Shown here in pieces: positions 1 to 12,340 of a stretch of 64,000 bases of DNA (positions are counted from its first letter, which is position 1; every line of letters begins with the position of its first letter). The DNA comes from Podospora anserina (taxonomy: Eukaryota). The stretch is from positions 620,001-684,000 of the forward strand of contig CM030332.1 in NCBI GenBank assembly GCA_017654855.1, written 5' to 3'. The notes beneath the pieces were generated by a model. That model had not been told where the DNA came from and made no database searches. It saw nothing but the letters and a program-made list of their open reading frames with translations. Made by a program: the position numbers and the translations under genes.

Positions 1-1238
1 GAGCAAAATGTGGTAAAGTGATGCATCCAGATACCCTTGAAAGTCTGGGCGTCTTGCGAGCAAGTTCCAAAAACATCACAGGCTTCCTCCAGCACACCCG
101 CTCGACCAAGACCCTTCCAGCTTGGAAGCAAGTTGGCGTGATAATCATCCAGATTAGCCACAGGTCTGGCCCTCTCTAGATCCCAACCTGTAGCCCGAAT
201 CACGTCCTTGATGACCTTGTGTCCAGAATTGAGGTACTCCTCACTGCCAGTAGCAACAAACAACCCCAACTGACCCGACAAAATCACACCCTGGTTGTAC
301 GTATACACCATCTCGTCCCTCTCGTCACACTCGGTATTGTTGCTCCCCTCGCTGTACCCCGAAATGTGGAAACCATCCGCATACAAGCCCTGGTGGTTAA
401 TCATCCCAGACGACTCCAACCACTCATACCCCAGCTGCGCTGTCCTGAAAAACATGGGATCATGCGGAGGCCAGTCTCTCTTGCCCAAGTCCCTCTTATC
501 AAGCCCAGGTCTCACCATCATCTCCTCCCACGGACTTGTATTCTCATCCCCCGGGAAATGGAGATACATTCCAATACTCGCCGCAATCCAAAGCTCGTTG
601 GTGATGGCATTCTTGTACGGACTCAACCTCGGATTCCACAGCATCCCTCCCCCGCACAGCTTCTGATCCCACCCTTTGCTCGAAAGCTCCCAGAATATCC
701 TCGCCCTGTGGGCAAACGCCGGCGTCCATCTCTCCCCATGCCACCTCCCGTCTCCCAGCTCGTCAATGAACTGTATCGTTTCCAACCAGCCCAGCACAAC
801 CCAGAGCATGTCGTCGAACGCCTCCCCGCGCAGGGAGAAGACGTCCTGCCCAAAATAAAAGGCAATCAGCTCGCCAAAATACCGGCCGATAAAGTTGGCC
901 AGGGCGGGGATGACGATATTAGGCTGGGATCTGGCCAGCTCAAAGTCCTCGGTTATGGTCCGCAGAGCTCCCGCGATGTGGGTGCCCATCACGGCTCTAG
1001 TCCAGTCGATGGCGTCGGGCCAGGTGCCAATCCAGTTTTCGAAGTAATGGTTTTGCATGACGTTTATAGAGGCGCAGAGGTCAGCAAAGAGCTGGGTGTC
1101 AGGTCGGCCTGCCCCTTGTGTCGTCACTTGGGGGGACGTGGAGGAGAGGTTGATGAGGGGGTCAGGTTGGAGTTTGACGGTGGCTGCTGCGTTGGCAGCC
1201 GACGCCAGGGCGACGACTGCTGTTTGGAGAAGCCTCAT
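1..1238 (-). CDS. Secreted glycoside hydrolase family 76 (alpha-1,6-mannanase/Dfg5-like fold); 3' end runs off the window
   Basis: Manual translation from the ATG at 1238 gives a signal-peptide-like MRLLQTAVVALASAANA. GH76-type motifs follow: EAFDDMLWVVLGWLE (catalytic DD), YKNAITNELWIAAS and VYTYNQGVILSGQ. It is absent from the ORF track, presumably because its stop lies outside the window. Confidence 0.9.
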   Translation of the reverse strand, partial: MRLLQTAVVALASAANAAATVKLQPDPLINLSSTSPQVTTQGAGRPDTQLFADLCASINVMQNHYFENWIGTWPDAIDWTRAVMGTHIAGALRTITEDFELARSQPNIVIPALANFIGRYFGELIAFYFGQDVFSLRGEAFDDMLWVVLGWLETIQFIDELGDGRWHGERWTPAFAHRARIFWELSSKGWDQKLCGGGMLWNPRLSPYKNAITNELWIAASIGMYLHFPGDENTSPWEEMMVRPGLDKRDLGKRDWPPHDPMFFRTAQLGYEWLESSGMINHQGLYADGFHISGYSEGSNNTECDERDEMVYTYNQGVILSGQLGLFVATGSEEYLNSGHKVIKDVIRATGWDLERARPVANLDDYHANLLPSWKGLGRAGVLEEACDVFGTCSQDAQTFKGIWMHHFTTFC

Positions 1239-2811
1239 GCCCGGCTTTGGTGTGTGATGTGTTGCTAGAACATGTGATTATGTGACCTCCACCGGTGGGT
1301 GTGAAAAGATGGCAATGTGTGTGACTCTGGAAGTAAAAATGAATGTCTCGTTCCCAGCCAGAGCCTCAAGCCTTCCAAGTATAACCACCACCACCGCAGC
1401 TAAGTTTCAGCCTCTCAACGCCAGTGGAGCTGAACGTTGAGAAGTAAATACCCAGGGACCCAAGGTGTAGGTAGAGCGCATCGAAATCGAAGAAAAAAAC
1501 AATGTCCGTCAACGAAACTGTTCTTTTACCGGCTCTGTCCTGCAATCTGCATCATTTCCACCATCTATATCCCACTCCCACCATTCCAGGACCCAATCGT
1601 TTTCAACAACCCAAACCAGAAAACCAAATTGTGGGAGCTCCCGTCCGTCCCGTGAAGTCTAGTTTTTCGTCCAAAGTTGAATTGAATGTGTGTCAGGCAC
1701 CTCGATGGATCCCCAAATGAAAGATCCCGCCTTGTTGATGCTCGGTTTGATCTCGTTTCCCAAGCCACAATGACCCCCAGATCCAAGTTGGCAAGATCTA
1801 GGCAATCGAGAACAATGGAGAAAGACGAACAATAATGAAAGAAAGATGAGAGCAGAAAAGTTTGATCACGAGTCCGAAACGAACGGGACACACACACACA
1901 CACACGACACCACCACACCCCAACAGCCAAGTTCAATGACACTTGCCAAGATGGAAGGAAGGCCTCAGGAAGGTACCCAAGACACGGAATGTTGCACAGA
2001 GAACACAACAGGAAAGTACCCGTCAAAACACCACTTTGGAAGAAAACGCCACAAGAAACAATGCTCACCCAAGCCACTGGGACCTGCCATCCAACTTTGT
2101 CAAAAAGTCGATGGGGGCACAGTCACATAATGTGGTGAGGGGCAGCATGAGGGGGGAAGGAACTGGGGGACGGGAGGCCGCACTGATGGTGGGGCTGTTG
2201 CGCTTTGCGGGGAGGCGGGCAAAACAGGGCGGTGCCTTTTCGCGGGGTTAGCAGCATTGTAGTTACATCATATGCACTCAACCTTGTGTGGCCAACCTAG
2301 AAAGTGGCAGGTCTTGGGATCAGCAAGGGGTGTGGATCATGGGATTCAGGAGAAGTGTGGGACAGAGTATGGGGATGACTTACACGTATGCTGGTGGGTG
2401 GGCTGTTTGAATTGATAACGAAATGTAGAATTATTGTAAGAATCACAGAGGCAATGCTGCGAAGTGTGAGTGAGTTGTAGGATGAGTTCTCATGAACCCC
2501 AAGAGTTTCCATTGAACCAAAACTGTCGTGACCACCTGGCACTTAAACCCGTCGACCGACTATACGACCTATCCAAAACGCCAGGACCGAGGGCTGCATG
2601 TGCTCGCTCGCTCGCTCGCTCTCAAAACCCAATGACGCCGCCCAAGTCATAACCATGACCCATACTTTATCCCATCCGAGAAGATGTCCCTGTAGCCCGT
2701 TCAAGGTTTCCCAGACAACGCCCTCCGCCTATACCAATAATGTACAAAAAATACTGAATTAAACCATACCCAGTTGTAGGAGTTGAAACGAGGCCAGCAG
2801 TTTTTGTCATC

Positions 2812-3680
2812 TCATTCAGCAAAGCGACGCTCAAACTCACGCATGAGCTTGGGGGTGATCTCGTCGCTGCTCATTCCCGACACCTCCCACAGCACACCCT
2901 TGCGAGCGTAGTGTTCCAACAATGGCTCGCTCGTCTCCTCAAACTTCTTCCATCGTTGGCGGTAGACCTCCTCGCTGTCGTCTGCCCTGCGGACCAACGG
3001 CTCTCCAGTGACATCATCGACACCAGCAACCTTGGGTGGGTTGAAAGTAGTGTTGTAAACCCTGCCCGAAGCCTCATGCACCCATCTCCCAGAGATGCGC
3101 TCCATAATGACCGCCAGCGGCGTCTTCAGTGACACAACCATGTTAATGGGGATTGTCTCGTCGAGCCGTTCAGCCTGTGTCGCGGTACGAGGGAACCCAT
3201 CGAGAAGAAACGAAGCCGAGGGATCTTCTGAAGGTGAGCCGTAACCACCACGAGCATGCGCTGGGTGCGAAATGAAGGCAGCCATATCGGCATCATTGCT
3301 GAAGGACTGCGTCTCGGCGGCACAGGAAGCGAGCGTCATGACGTTGCCGGCGGGGTGGCTCGAGTACAACCACCCGCGCTGGTTGAGCTCGTTATTGATC
3401 AACCGAAGGATAAGATCATCGGGAACCAAAAGTCCGGCCTTCATCGTACTCTCGACCTTGATGCCTGGTTTTGGTTAGTTAATTGACATCCTGAGCATTG
3501 TGCTTGAGGAAGAGTCATACCCAGAGGTGTCCGCTGCTTGACATTGTGCCTGAGAAGATCCCCAGAGGAGATGGATGACAGCTGAGGAAACCGCTGCAAC
3601 AGCCGCTCAGACTGCGTCCCCTTTCCCACTCCCGGGGCGCCTACAAGGATAACTCGGGCAGCCTTTCGGAGGCGCATCAT
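2812..3680 (-). CDS. ADK2: Mitochondrial GTP:AMP phosphotransferase / adenylate kinase (AK3/Adk2 type); exons 3680-3521 and 3464-2812
   Basis: P-loop GAPGVGKGTQ, SSGDLLR, LLDGFPRT and LID-region GRWVHEASGRVYN. Intron 3520-3465 (GTATGA...CTAAC...CAG) joins the two ORFs in frame. Confidence 0.93.
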
Positions 3681-4472
3681 TCAAGGTTGACGGGAGTCGG
3701 GAACTGGGACAAGCGGCAGCGGGGGTTGCGAGCGAGCGATCGAGCGCGCGCGTGTTCGGGTGTGCGCACCGGGTGGGAGACAGGAGGGTGAGTTGAGCAG
3801 GAATAAAGAAATGGGCCGGGGCGCGGAGGGCCAGAGGGGCAAGGCCGGCTTCAAGTACTAATGCGACTACCCTATGCAAGCAGGCGCGCTCCGGATTCTG
3901 GCGTTGTTGCGGTCGGTTTGTCACACAAAGATCCGGCTGGTTCGGGGTGCGGGGAACAAGTCGATCGGCACGTAATCGAGACGCAACCGAGGACCGATAA
4001 TGGAGACAACTCGGGTACAAACTCACCGAAAGGGGCACACAAAAACGCTGTGAGGCCTCGATATCAACTTTCTTAGGCGACGGGGAAGACAAGCAGGAGG
4101 GGTGATGAGCTATAGGGTTTTACCAAGGCAAAACAGCTAAATCGGTGAGAGGTCTGCCAACTATGTCCAGAGACCTCCTGTCCCACGCCGGTCCGGAGTG
4201 ATAACGGAGCCTGGAAACCTAAACCGATTGAACAAAGTCACTGTGGCGGCCACTGTCACACCGGACATTCACCCTGCCCAAGTTTCCGAAGCCCTGAACA
4301 GATCGGAGTCTGGAAAGGATTGGCGGTGGATTCTCATCCCATTGCCTGTTGCTCATCACGAATGGCTCACCAAAATGCCAGCAAGTTTTTTGTTGAGGCT
4401 TCGGCTGTGCCCCGATATCGCAGTTATCGGGGTCCTTGCCAAGAAGGTCTTGCTTCTAGAACCAAAGGTTTC

Positions 4473-4491
4473 ATCTGATAAGATCTGATAA
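4473..4491. promoter_or_regulatory. Tandem ATCTGATAA GATA-factor sites in the divergent ADK2/MDM38 intergenic region
   Basis: ATCTGATAA at 4473-4481 and 4483-4491, plus TCTGATAAG near 4728. These match the ATCWGATAA consensus of SreA/SRE-type iron-responsive GATA factors. Function is untested. Confidence 0.45.
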
Positions 4492-4876
4492 AGCTATGAA
4501 GAGGAAAAAACTGGACCGTATGCAAGGAAAGGGCATGATAAGAGACTCGATGAGACTTTGAAACACCTGAACTTTCTCGAAAGTTTTGGATGAAAATATG
4601 TGAGAATGTCCAGACCTGTGGTCAAAGTGCCATGACGGCATGTGAAGAGTTGTCCGAAACCTGCCTAGGGGGTGACGATTCTGCCCGAGAAAGCCCGATC
4701 AACTGATTTAGCACGTGCAAAGTTGGGTCTGATAAGAGTCTGTTGCCATTATGCTGTTGTAACTCTGTCATGGGAAGCATGTGGTGGGGAAGAAGTGCGT
4801 TGTGCTTATAAATAATGATTTGGACTCTCAGTGGCTCTCTGAAACAGCAATCTGCATCTTCCTTGATCATGAGAAA

Positions 4877-4906
4877 GATATGAGAGGATATGAGAGGATA
4901 TGAGAG
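4877..4906. repeat. Tandem repeat (GATATGAGAG)x3
   Basis: Three exact 10-bp copies read directly from the sequence. Confidence 0.9.
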
Positions 4907-5606
4907 CATCCAGAGAAGTCAATAGGGAATCAATGCAGATATTCCCAAGAGCCAACGCAGACATGCCATGTTGTGTTGTGCTTTCCCCAGCCACACAGGA
5001 TCCCCGGAAGCAGCCCAGCGCAACCTTACTCAGCCAAAACAGTCACGTGATGCGCTGCTCGTTCGCTGAATCGCCAAGAGGGCAGCCGAATGGGGAAAGG
5101 GCGACCGCGGGGCGTCGCTGGATTGGAGCCATGGCATTCAGTGGAAAGGGCCGGATTTTGATGTCACCGTGCCCCTTTGACAGCGGCGTCCTCGACCATC
5201 TCTTTCCAACAACACCATCCGCCCCAAACCAGCCCTCCAGCATCCACCATCCCTCATCTCGACGTCTTTCTTTTGCTTGAACCATTTCGTCTTCTCGTCT
5301 CTATCTGGACAGTCTGCGCTAACCCGGGAGGTCTCGCATTCAATCCGCTGGTTCCGAGCCCAACTGCCGGTTGCGTCTGAAAATCGAAATCTTCTGCTCA
5401 GCTGTGCAGTCCCGTGTCAATTCCCGCTGTTGGCGTTGACCCGTTGCCGTTGCACCACATCTTTACACTCACGTCAGCGCATCGGCGAAGTTTTATCTCC
5501 TCAATCGCGACCAGTATCCAAGTCTGTCGGCAGCATCACGATTTCGCCCCTAATCTTGGTGCACACCGACCTGCCGTTACCCCCTGAACGCTAGAACACC
5601 GCTGCC

Positions 5607-7331
5607 ATGAGCGCCTCGACAAGAGTTGCGCGCCGGGCGCTGGTCGTCAACCCGTTCCAAGGCACCACCAGTACGTCCGCTATCCCTTGTGTGCCCCTAT
5701 TCCAAGATGACAAGTTGCTGACGGCCCCTCATAAAGCTCATGCCCTCCCTAGATCCGCCCTCTTGGCCTCCTCGATGCTTCTGGCACGCAATGCGCAGAA
5801 CTTGAGGTTTAACCGCCCTGCCACTGCTCTGCTTATCCCAGTTCGGGGGCTCACCACCTCGGGTACCACTACTCATGGCGGCCCGACGGGTGGCCCACCT
5901 CCAGGATTCGATGTCGAGAAGGCTAAAAAGCCTCTCCCGAAGGAGCCTTCCCCCAAGCCCAAGAGCAGTGAGGCTGCATCCAAGCCAGCGGAGAAAACCA
6001 GCACCCCCGAGGCCGCTGCTGATTCTTCTGCTACGCTCTCGCAGCTTGCCGCACAGAAGCCTGCTGCAGAGAAGGTTGAGGCCAAGAAGGAGGAGAAGAA
6101 GCTGACGATCGCACAGAAGATCAAGAAGGAGGCTCTGCATTACTGGGATGGCACGAAACTGCTGGCCGCTGAGGTCAAGATCAGCTCGCGCCTGGCTACA
6201 AAGATGGCTGCCGGCTACGAGTTGACGCGGAGAGAGCAACGCCAGCTTCAACGTACCGTCCAGGATCTCGGTCGGCTGGTTCCTTTCTCCATGTTCATCA
6301 TTGTGCCTTTTGCCGAATTTCTCCTCCCCGTCGCGCTCAAGATCTTCCCCAACATGCTGCCCAGCACATATGAGGGGCAAAAGGACAAGGATAAGAAGGC
6401 GAACATCCTTCGGGCGACCCGTAAGGAGGTCAGCGAATTCCTCCGCCAGACCTTGAAAGAGACAGGCCTGCCCCTTAGTCAGGCGACGGCCCAGAAGGAA
6501 GAGTTTACCAACTTCTTCCGCAAGCTTCGCGCCACTGGCGAGACACCTACGGCCGATGATGTGATCAAGGTCTGCAAAGTCTTCAAGGATGATGTGACCC
6601 TTGACAACCTTTCCCGGCCGCAGTTGGTGTCCATGTGCCGGTATCTCAACCTCAACACCTTTGGCACCGACATGATGCTCCGGTATCAGCTTCGCCACCG
6701 CATGCGGCAAATCAAGCGCGACGATCGCGCCATTGCCTATGAGGGCGTCGACAGTCTTTCCGTGGCCGAACTTCAGATTGCCTGCGCCAGCCGTGGCATC
6801 AAGAGCTTTGGTGTCTCGCCTGCTAGGTTACGGGAAGACCTCCAGACTTGGCTGGATTTGCGACTTCGGGAGGGTGTCCCCTCTACTCTTCTGGTTCTGA
6901 GCAATGCTTATATGTATGGCCAGACCCAGCAGGACAGTAGTGATGGTGTCTCCAACCAGATTGAAGCACTTACCAATGTGCTTTCCTCCATTCCGGAGGA
7001 GCTTTTCCACGAGATTGAGCTCGAGGTCCACAATGCTGAGGGTGCTGCCACCAACAAGCAGCGTCTCGAGGTAATCAAGGAGCAGCAGGAGCTGATTAAC
7101 GAGGAGCTGCAGCAAGACCAGGAGAACCAGGCGACAGGTTTCGCTACTCCCCGGGACATTGAAGACATTGACGAGAAGGAGGAGAGACAGGTCCAGGCGG
7201 AGGCTGAGGGCATCGAGAAGGCGCAGGTTGCCGAGGCTGTGGATGCCGAGAAGGATGGCCTGGATGCCGCCAAGGTCCTCCAGAAAACCGACTCTGCCGC
7301 CGCTGCTAAGCCTAGCGAGAAGCAGCAATAA
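5607..7331 (+). CDS. MDM38: LETM1/Mdm38 mitochondrial inner-membrane protein
   Basis: 574-aa intronless ORF with a basic presequence-like N-terminus. LETM1 motifs HYWDGTKLL, RLVPFSMFIIVPFAEFLLPVALKIFPNMLPST and LDNLSRPQLVSMCRY. Acidic coiled C-terminus. Confidence 0.95.
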   Translation: MSASTRVARRALVVNPFQGTTSTSAIPCVPLFQDDKLLTAPHKAHALPRSALLASSMLLARNAQNLRFNRPATALLIPVRGLTTSGTTTHGGPTGGPPPGFDVEKAKKPLPKEPSPKPKSSEAASKPAEKTSTPEAAADSSATLSQLAAQKPAAEKVEAKKEEKKLTIAQKIKKEALHYWDGTKLLAAEVKISSRLATKMAAGYELTRREQRQLQRTVQDLGRLVPFSMFIIVPFAEFLLPVALKIFPNMLPSTYEGQKDKDKKANILRATRKEVSEFLRQTLKETGLPLSQATAQKEEFTNFFRKLRATGETPTADDVIKVCKVFKDDVTLDNLSRPQLVSMCRYLNLNTFGTDMMLRYQLRHRMRQIKRDDRAIAYEGVDSLSVAELQIACASRGIKSFGVSPARLREDLQTWLDLRLREGVPSTLLVLSNAYMYGQTQQDSSDGVSNQIEALTNVLSSIPEELFHEIELEVHNAEGAATNKQRLEVIKEQQELINEELQQDQENQATGFATPRDIEDIDEKEERQVQAEAEGIEKAQVAEAVDAEKDGLDAAKVLQKTDSAAAAKPSEKQQ

Positions 7332-10300
7332 TCTGGAGATTTAGCACGATCATATTGGCTTCATCCCCCAAAGCCCTCCACAGGGCTTGTCCCTCGGTGT
7401 ACAACAACACAGCGGAACACACATATACTTTACTCACACACGCCACGGTCTTTTTTTCTTTGGATTTATATTTCCCTCTTTTTAATTCTCTTTTCTTGTG
7501 TGTGTGGTGGTTTGTTTGACTAGACAAAACCGATAATCATCATCATTGCATTACATGTCAAGATAGAGGAAAGCGATGGGAAATTTTTGGGAAGAAACGG
7601 CTAAGGGGTAAAGGATAGGGGGATGGTAATGGCGGAACCACAAAGACTTGTGCTACTGTGTATCCATAGAAAACAACAGGCACCAGAAATTCATTATCAG
7701 CGGGTGGCACGATTCTTTCAACTACGACACTGTCATGGGAAGGCTCGGTTGGGAGGTTTTTGTTTATCACCGATTACAGGTGTCTGTCTCTCTTTTTCTG
7801 TTTCATTCAACCTCATAGATACTACTCTTCATCATTGACGCTGGAAGAAAATAGCGTTGTGTATACAAGATATGAAATCGTCTCCCTTGCGAAATCTCTC
7901 AGGCTCAATTGCTGTGCTCCAATTGCGGTCTCATCAACTATTTATCCAATGCATTCATCTGTATTATGTGGAAAGCATGCAAAGCTCAGGGGCCCAACCC
8001 GGAGACGGAGAATAATTCCTCTCTTCAAACTCCCGCCAAACGCCAACCAGACTTTTTTGTGGTCCGTCTGTTAAGGTAATAACCATGCTTCTAAACCTGT
8101 GACATCGATCATAGGAAAAGAAAAAACGATGTTATTTGGGGGTACCCGGCACTGCAGTTGAGCGGCGCAGCTGACGTTGCTGGAGGAGGCTTCCGAACCT
8201 CGAACGGGAAGCAATGCGAGCCTGCTGTAAAGGAGGCCAACGTCATGGAGAGTTGACAAATGGCTTATGTATGGCGACCTTGCTAAATGTCGAGATATTT
8301 TTGATTTTTTAACGTTTACATGATGTTGAGAGGGGGCCGTTTCAGATGTTCATGTTTGCTGAGGGGCATGTCTTTGCTGCTGACTATACAACTAACTAGG
8401 TAGGTAACAGGGCTGATTTTATGAGCCTCAAACGTTCGTTCGGGATTTGCCCATAGCAAAGCCTCATGTATCTTGCCGACGGGATCAAACATTCAGTTTA
8501 GACACCGAACTGGTTCGCATGTGCACAGTGCTCGGTATCGGGGGGCGGAATACGAGGACTATCATGGAGAGGCCGACTCTTGCATATCAAGAATGCTACA
8601 AAAGGGAGGGTCGGCAGTTTCAAAGCATCGGTTGATCTTTTACATATCCTGTCGTCATTGTTTCTCTGATTTGATAGATCGGTTGATGAGGTGCTGGAGA
8701 GAATGGCAGGTGGGAGAGCGGGAGTTGAAGATGGATGTGTGGCTTAGCATAAAAGAGCGGGTCCATCCGGGGGCGGTGGTTCCCCCCCAGCGATGCAAAA
8801 TGCGCGGGAAGAGACCCTGGATCCACATGGTGGATATCAGTGACTTTGTCAAGGTTGAGGATTATCAAAGTTGTAGGTAATGTAAATGGAATTTTGGACG
8901 ATGTTTAGATGTTTAAGAAGAGAGAAAAAATAGGAGACTTTTGGATTCATATTTGTTCCAAGTTGCAAGTCTTGTGAGACAGGAGAAAAGTAGAATTAGC
9001 TCAAGATTGTCTGAGTGTGCACTTCATCATCAGTCAAGCGAACGTAACGCAGGGCAGAATGGGCTTAAATGAGCCGACTGGGCTATAACCTGGGGAAAGC
9101 TACACTAAGCGACGATTGTGGTGGCCCTGTATCCCGTCTACATAGGAGAATAAAATCTAGAACGTTGAATGTGAAAAAGTGCCCTGCGGCTGTGGAAATG
9201 GTGGTGATTAATTGGTAGGACCTCGAACTTGAGTTTGCAGCCACAAGGGTTTGGTGAGACATGGCTCGCAGCCTTGTGGGCGCTCCAACGGGCCAACTTG
9301 CTGGGCCGGTTACGATGCTTGGAGATTGGCTTTTCCCGCCCTAGAACTATGATAGATAGGAAAAAGAGTGCCCATGATTACTGAGAGCTACTATCGAAGA
9401 AAAGACATCACCATCTCGATCAGTGACTTCTTTTGAAGTTGTGTCGAAAAGGCGAGATTCCAGCTGCACAGCCTCGGAGCAGATCAAAATCGAGCATTGG
9501 CGGGAGAGGCTGATGGCGAACTAGCCCCTGTTTGGCGAAAAGTCGTCTCCCCTGCCCCCCCGGTTTGTCACCTGCAAACCACAATCCTACTCGCAACAGA
9601 GCGACATTCCACGCCCTAGGTTCCCTCTTTTTCCATCAGTCGTTTGCATCTCTACAGTAATTTAATCATTCTTCTCCTCATCTTCACCTTCTTCCTGCGA
9701 TACCTGTCTTGTTCTGGCGCCCGAGTCTGATTTTCGACAACCGCCGACAAGCAACGCGTCCGCTCGCTTCTCCTAACGACACCACCTCAGCACCCCCCGG
9801 CCGTTCCCGTTGGTTCTTGGCCTGCACTCCCTGAAGCATTGCCAACCCTCGAACACCTCAACTCCTCCCAGTGTTTCAGAGTGCTCTCTGTGGACACACA
9901 ACTCGCAGCACAACACCCCCTGCCCCAACAGTCCCGTCTCCTGGGTGCTGCAACACTTCTTCAAATCGCCAAAAGATTCGCGCCTGTGAACAATAACCGC
10001 TCGCTGTTGTGAGTGTGCAGGTTCACCACCTTCGACGCCCACCCCCGAGCCAGAGACCAGGCGTCTTCTGCCCGACTGACCACGACTTTTTCTTACCTTC
10101 CCCTCCCCCTCGACCGGCCGGCCCTTCAATCTCCCTCGACCCACCGACCATCGACGCCAAACCACAAGTCACAAAACTCAATTCAGCCATTAACCAGACA
10201 TCTCGCAAAGCCGCCGTCCTGGCTTCCCAACGAGACATTCGCCGGTCGTATTTGGCCGGCTCGGGCTCGCAGCCGATCGCGATCGCAAGTTTTGACGGAA

Positions 10301-10332
10301 CAAACAGCGGATTCAGAGACAGCCGCCCTCCA

Positions 10333-11585
10333 ATGATGGCTTCCACAGTCGGGCCAGCGCGGCCAAAACAAAAGCTCTTCTCGACGGACTTCCTCAGCAA
10401 CACATGGGCGAAGCTCTTCTTTTTCATCGTCGGCCTACAGGCTGTAATTTGCGTGGCTTTTGAATGGTGTGTTTCGCCCTCCTGCTGCCAGCGACGAGAC
10501 CCTTGATCCGATATGCTAACACTTCAACCGCAGTTATGTGTTTGCGAGATTCCAGTTCGGCCTTCAATTTCAAGAAGGCGAAATCCCAGATGAGGCACAA
10601 CGACGAAGGCTACAATCGAGATACCGTACGATTCCGACTTTCTTGGCGCTCTTCATCTTCGGATTCCTCTACGTTTTGGTCTTGGCGTGGGACGCACTGC
10701 GGATGAAGAACACGATTCAGATTATTGGGCTGTGTGTGGCCAACCTGGCACTCTTTGTCTACACCATCCTCCAGATTGATCAGATTGAAAAGTCACTGGA
10801 TATTCTGCAGGGTGCTTTACTCCTAAAGGACAGCGATAAAGGTGGTGATTCGAACATTGTCTGGGCGCTGTCCAAACCCTTCTTGATAGCCGTTCCAGCA
10901 ATCGTGGGCGTGGTCACCGTCGCCATGTCCTGTATCGCCTATCAGCTATACCGCGAGTTCGCTTGGGACATTCTGAAGCAGATTGGTGCTGACTACCGCA
11001 TGAAGAAGCGGTTCCTTCACTACCAGGTAGGTTCATGATCTCGTCTCACTAGTGACGATATGGATGTCGAATGCTGACGCGGACACATAGATTTACATCG
11101 CCCTCTTGAAGTTTGATTTCTTCTTCTTTTTGGGTTTCACTGTGCAGTTCTTGGTCGTTGTCAACAACACCAAGAATAACTTCGAGCTCGGCCTGCAAGT
11201 GGCGGCGGTTCCTATCACGATCGCCATCCTTCTATGCGCCGCCTTCTTTACGCAGCGCGAGAACAAGATTGGAGTGACGTTGACCATCGTCTTGTACTTC
11301 GGCGCGCTCTCTTACTTCTTCTTCAAGCTCGTCCGCATTTACCAGCCCGGTCATAAACAGGATTACGAAGCCGTCCAGAAGTCGCTGACAGCCTTTGCTG
11401 TCCTGACCATTCTCCTCATCATCTTGACCATCATCAACGGCTTCGTCTGCATGAGCAACTTTGGCGCCGGGCTCAAGGACCACCTTCTTAAGCCGAGATA
11501 CTCCGACCCCGAGAAGGAAGACGCAAATTCGTACCAAATGAACGATCAGAAGCCACCACTGCCAAGTCGAATGACGATTGACTAA
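10333..11585 (+). CDS. Multi-pass membrane protein, UPF0658 Golgi membrane protein-like; exons 10333-10466, 10534-11026, 11091-11585
   Basis: Introns 10467-10533 (GTGTGT...GCTAAC...CAG) and 11027-11090 (GTAGGT...GCTGAC...TAG) join three hydrophobic ORFs in frame. Motifs TIPTFLALFIFGF, DALRMKNTIQIIG, LYREFAW, LLKFDFFFF and C-terminal SRMTID. The start codon is uncertain. Confidence 0.85.
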
Positions 11586-12340
11586 ATGGCTTTTCTTCTT
11601 TGCCTTTTTTTTGTTACTTTTTGGTTTGGAGGGAGTTCAAATTTTGTTTTGTGTTTTAATTCTATAAAGGCCGATCGGAACGGTTGATCCATCTTTTTGT
11701 TGGAAATAGAGAGGAAGAAGAAGAGAGTTACACCGATCGGATCAAGCGAAGCGAGCATTTATTTTTCGTCTTTTATTTTTTTGCTTTTTGACGTTTTGTG
11801 TTGCTCTCTCGACAACCAGAGAGGGGAAGCAGAACTAACGACCATTTTATGAAATTGAGCAAGTGTTGTGAGGGAAGAGAAGGAGGAGGAGGAGAAAGGG
11901 GAGAATTGAAGGGGAGTCTTGTCTTACCTCGAATGATAGGCTGGTTCTGGAGAGAGAGAAGGAGCAAGACTTGTAACCATGCACACATGTCAACACAAAG
12001 ATATCCCATTTTCATTTTTACATTGTTTAAACCATCATCATTATCTCCTTCTCTTTCTGTCTTGTGATTGCTGGATATATATGTGAGGTGGGTATGGAAG
12101 GGGTTCAACTTGTCATGGGGGATGAGGCTGGTCGGGGAATATGGCGTCTTTTTCTATTCTTGATTTTTTTTTGAGAGTATTTTTGGATAGCAACAAGAAA
12201 ATAAATTTCAACAAGGAAAACATCTCAACAAGCATGACTGCTGCTTAGGATGTCTATACAAGGGCCCCAAAACCTTGATGGACTTTCAAGAGATATATAT
12301 TGTACATTTAATTGTTATTTTCTCTCTTTATATTGCCTAT

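Noticed and set aside
219-1268. 349-aa plus-strand ORF
   Set aside because: Antisense shadow of the GH76 gene, which carries the recognisable motifs on the minus strand.
3230-3370. Insertion in ADK2 before LLDGFPR
   Set aside because: In-frame low-complexity insert that I recall as typical of filamentous-ascomycete Adk2, so not unusual.
5697-7328. 337-aa and 166-aa minus-strand ORFs
   Set aside because: Antisense shadows of the codon-biased MDM38 gene.
8473-8880. 135-aa ORF between MDM38 and the UPF0658-like gene
   Set aside because: Non-ATG start, no recognisable domain, and no consistent exon structure could be built.
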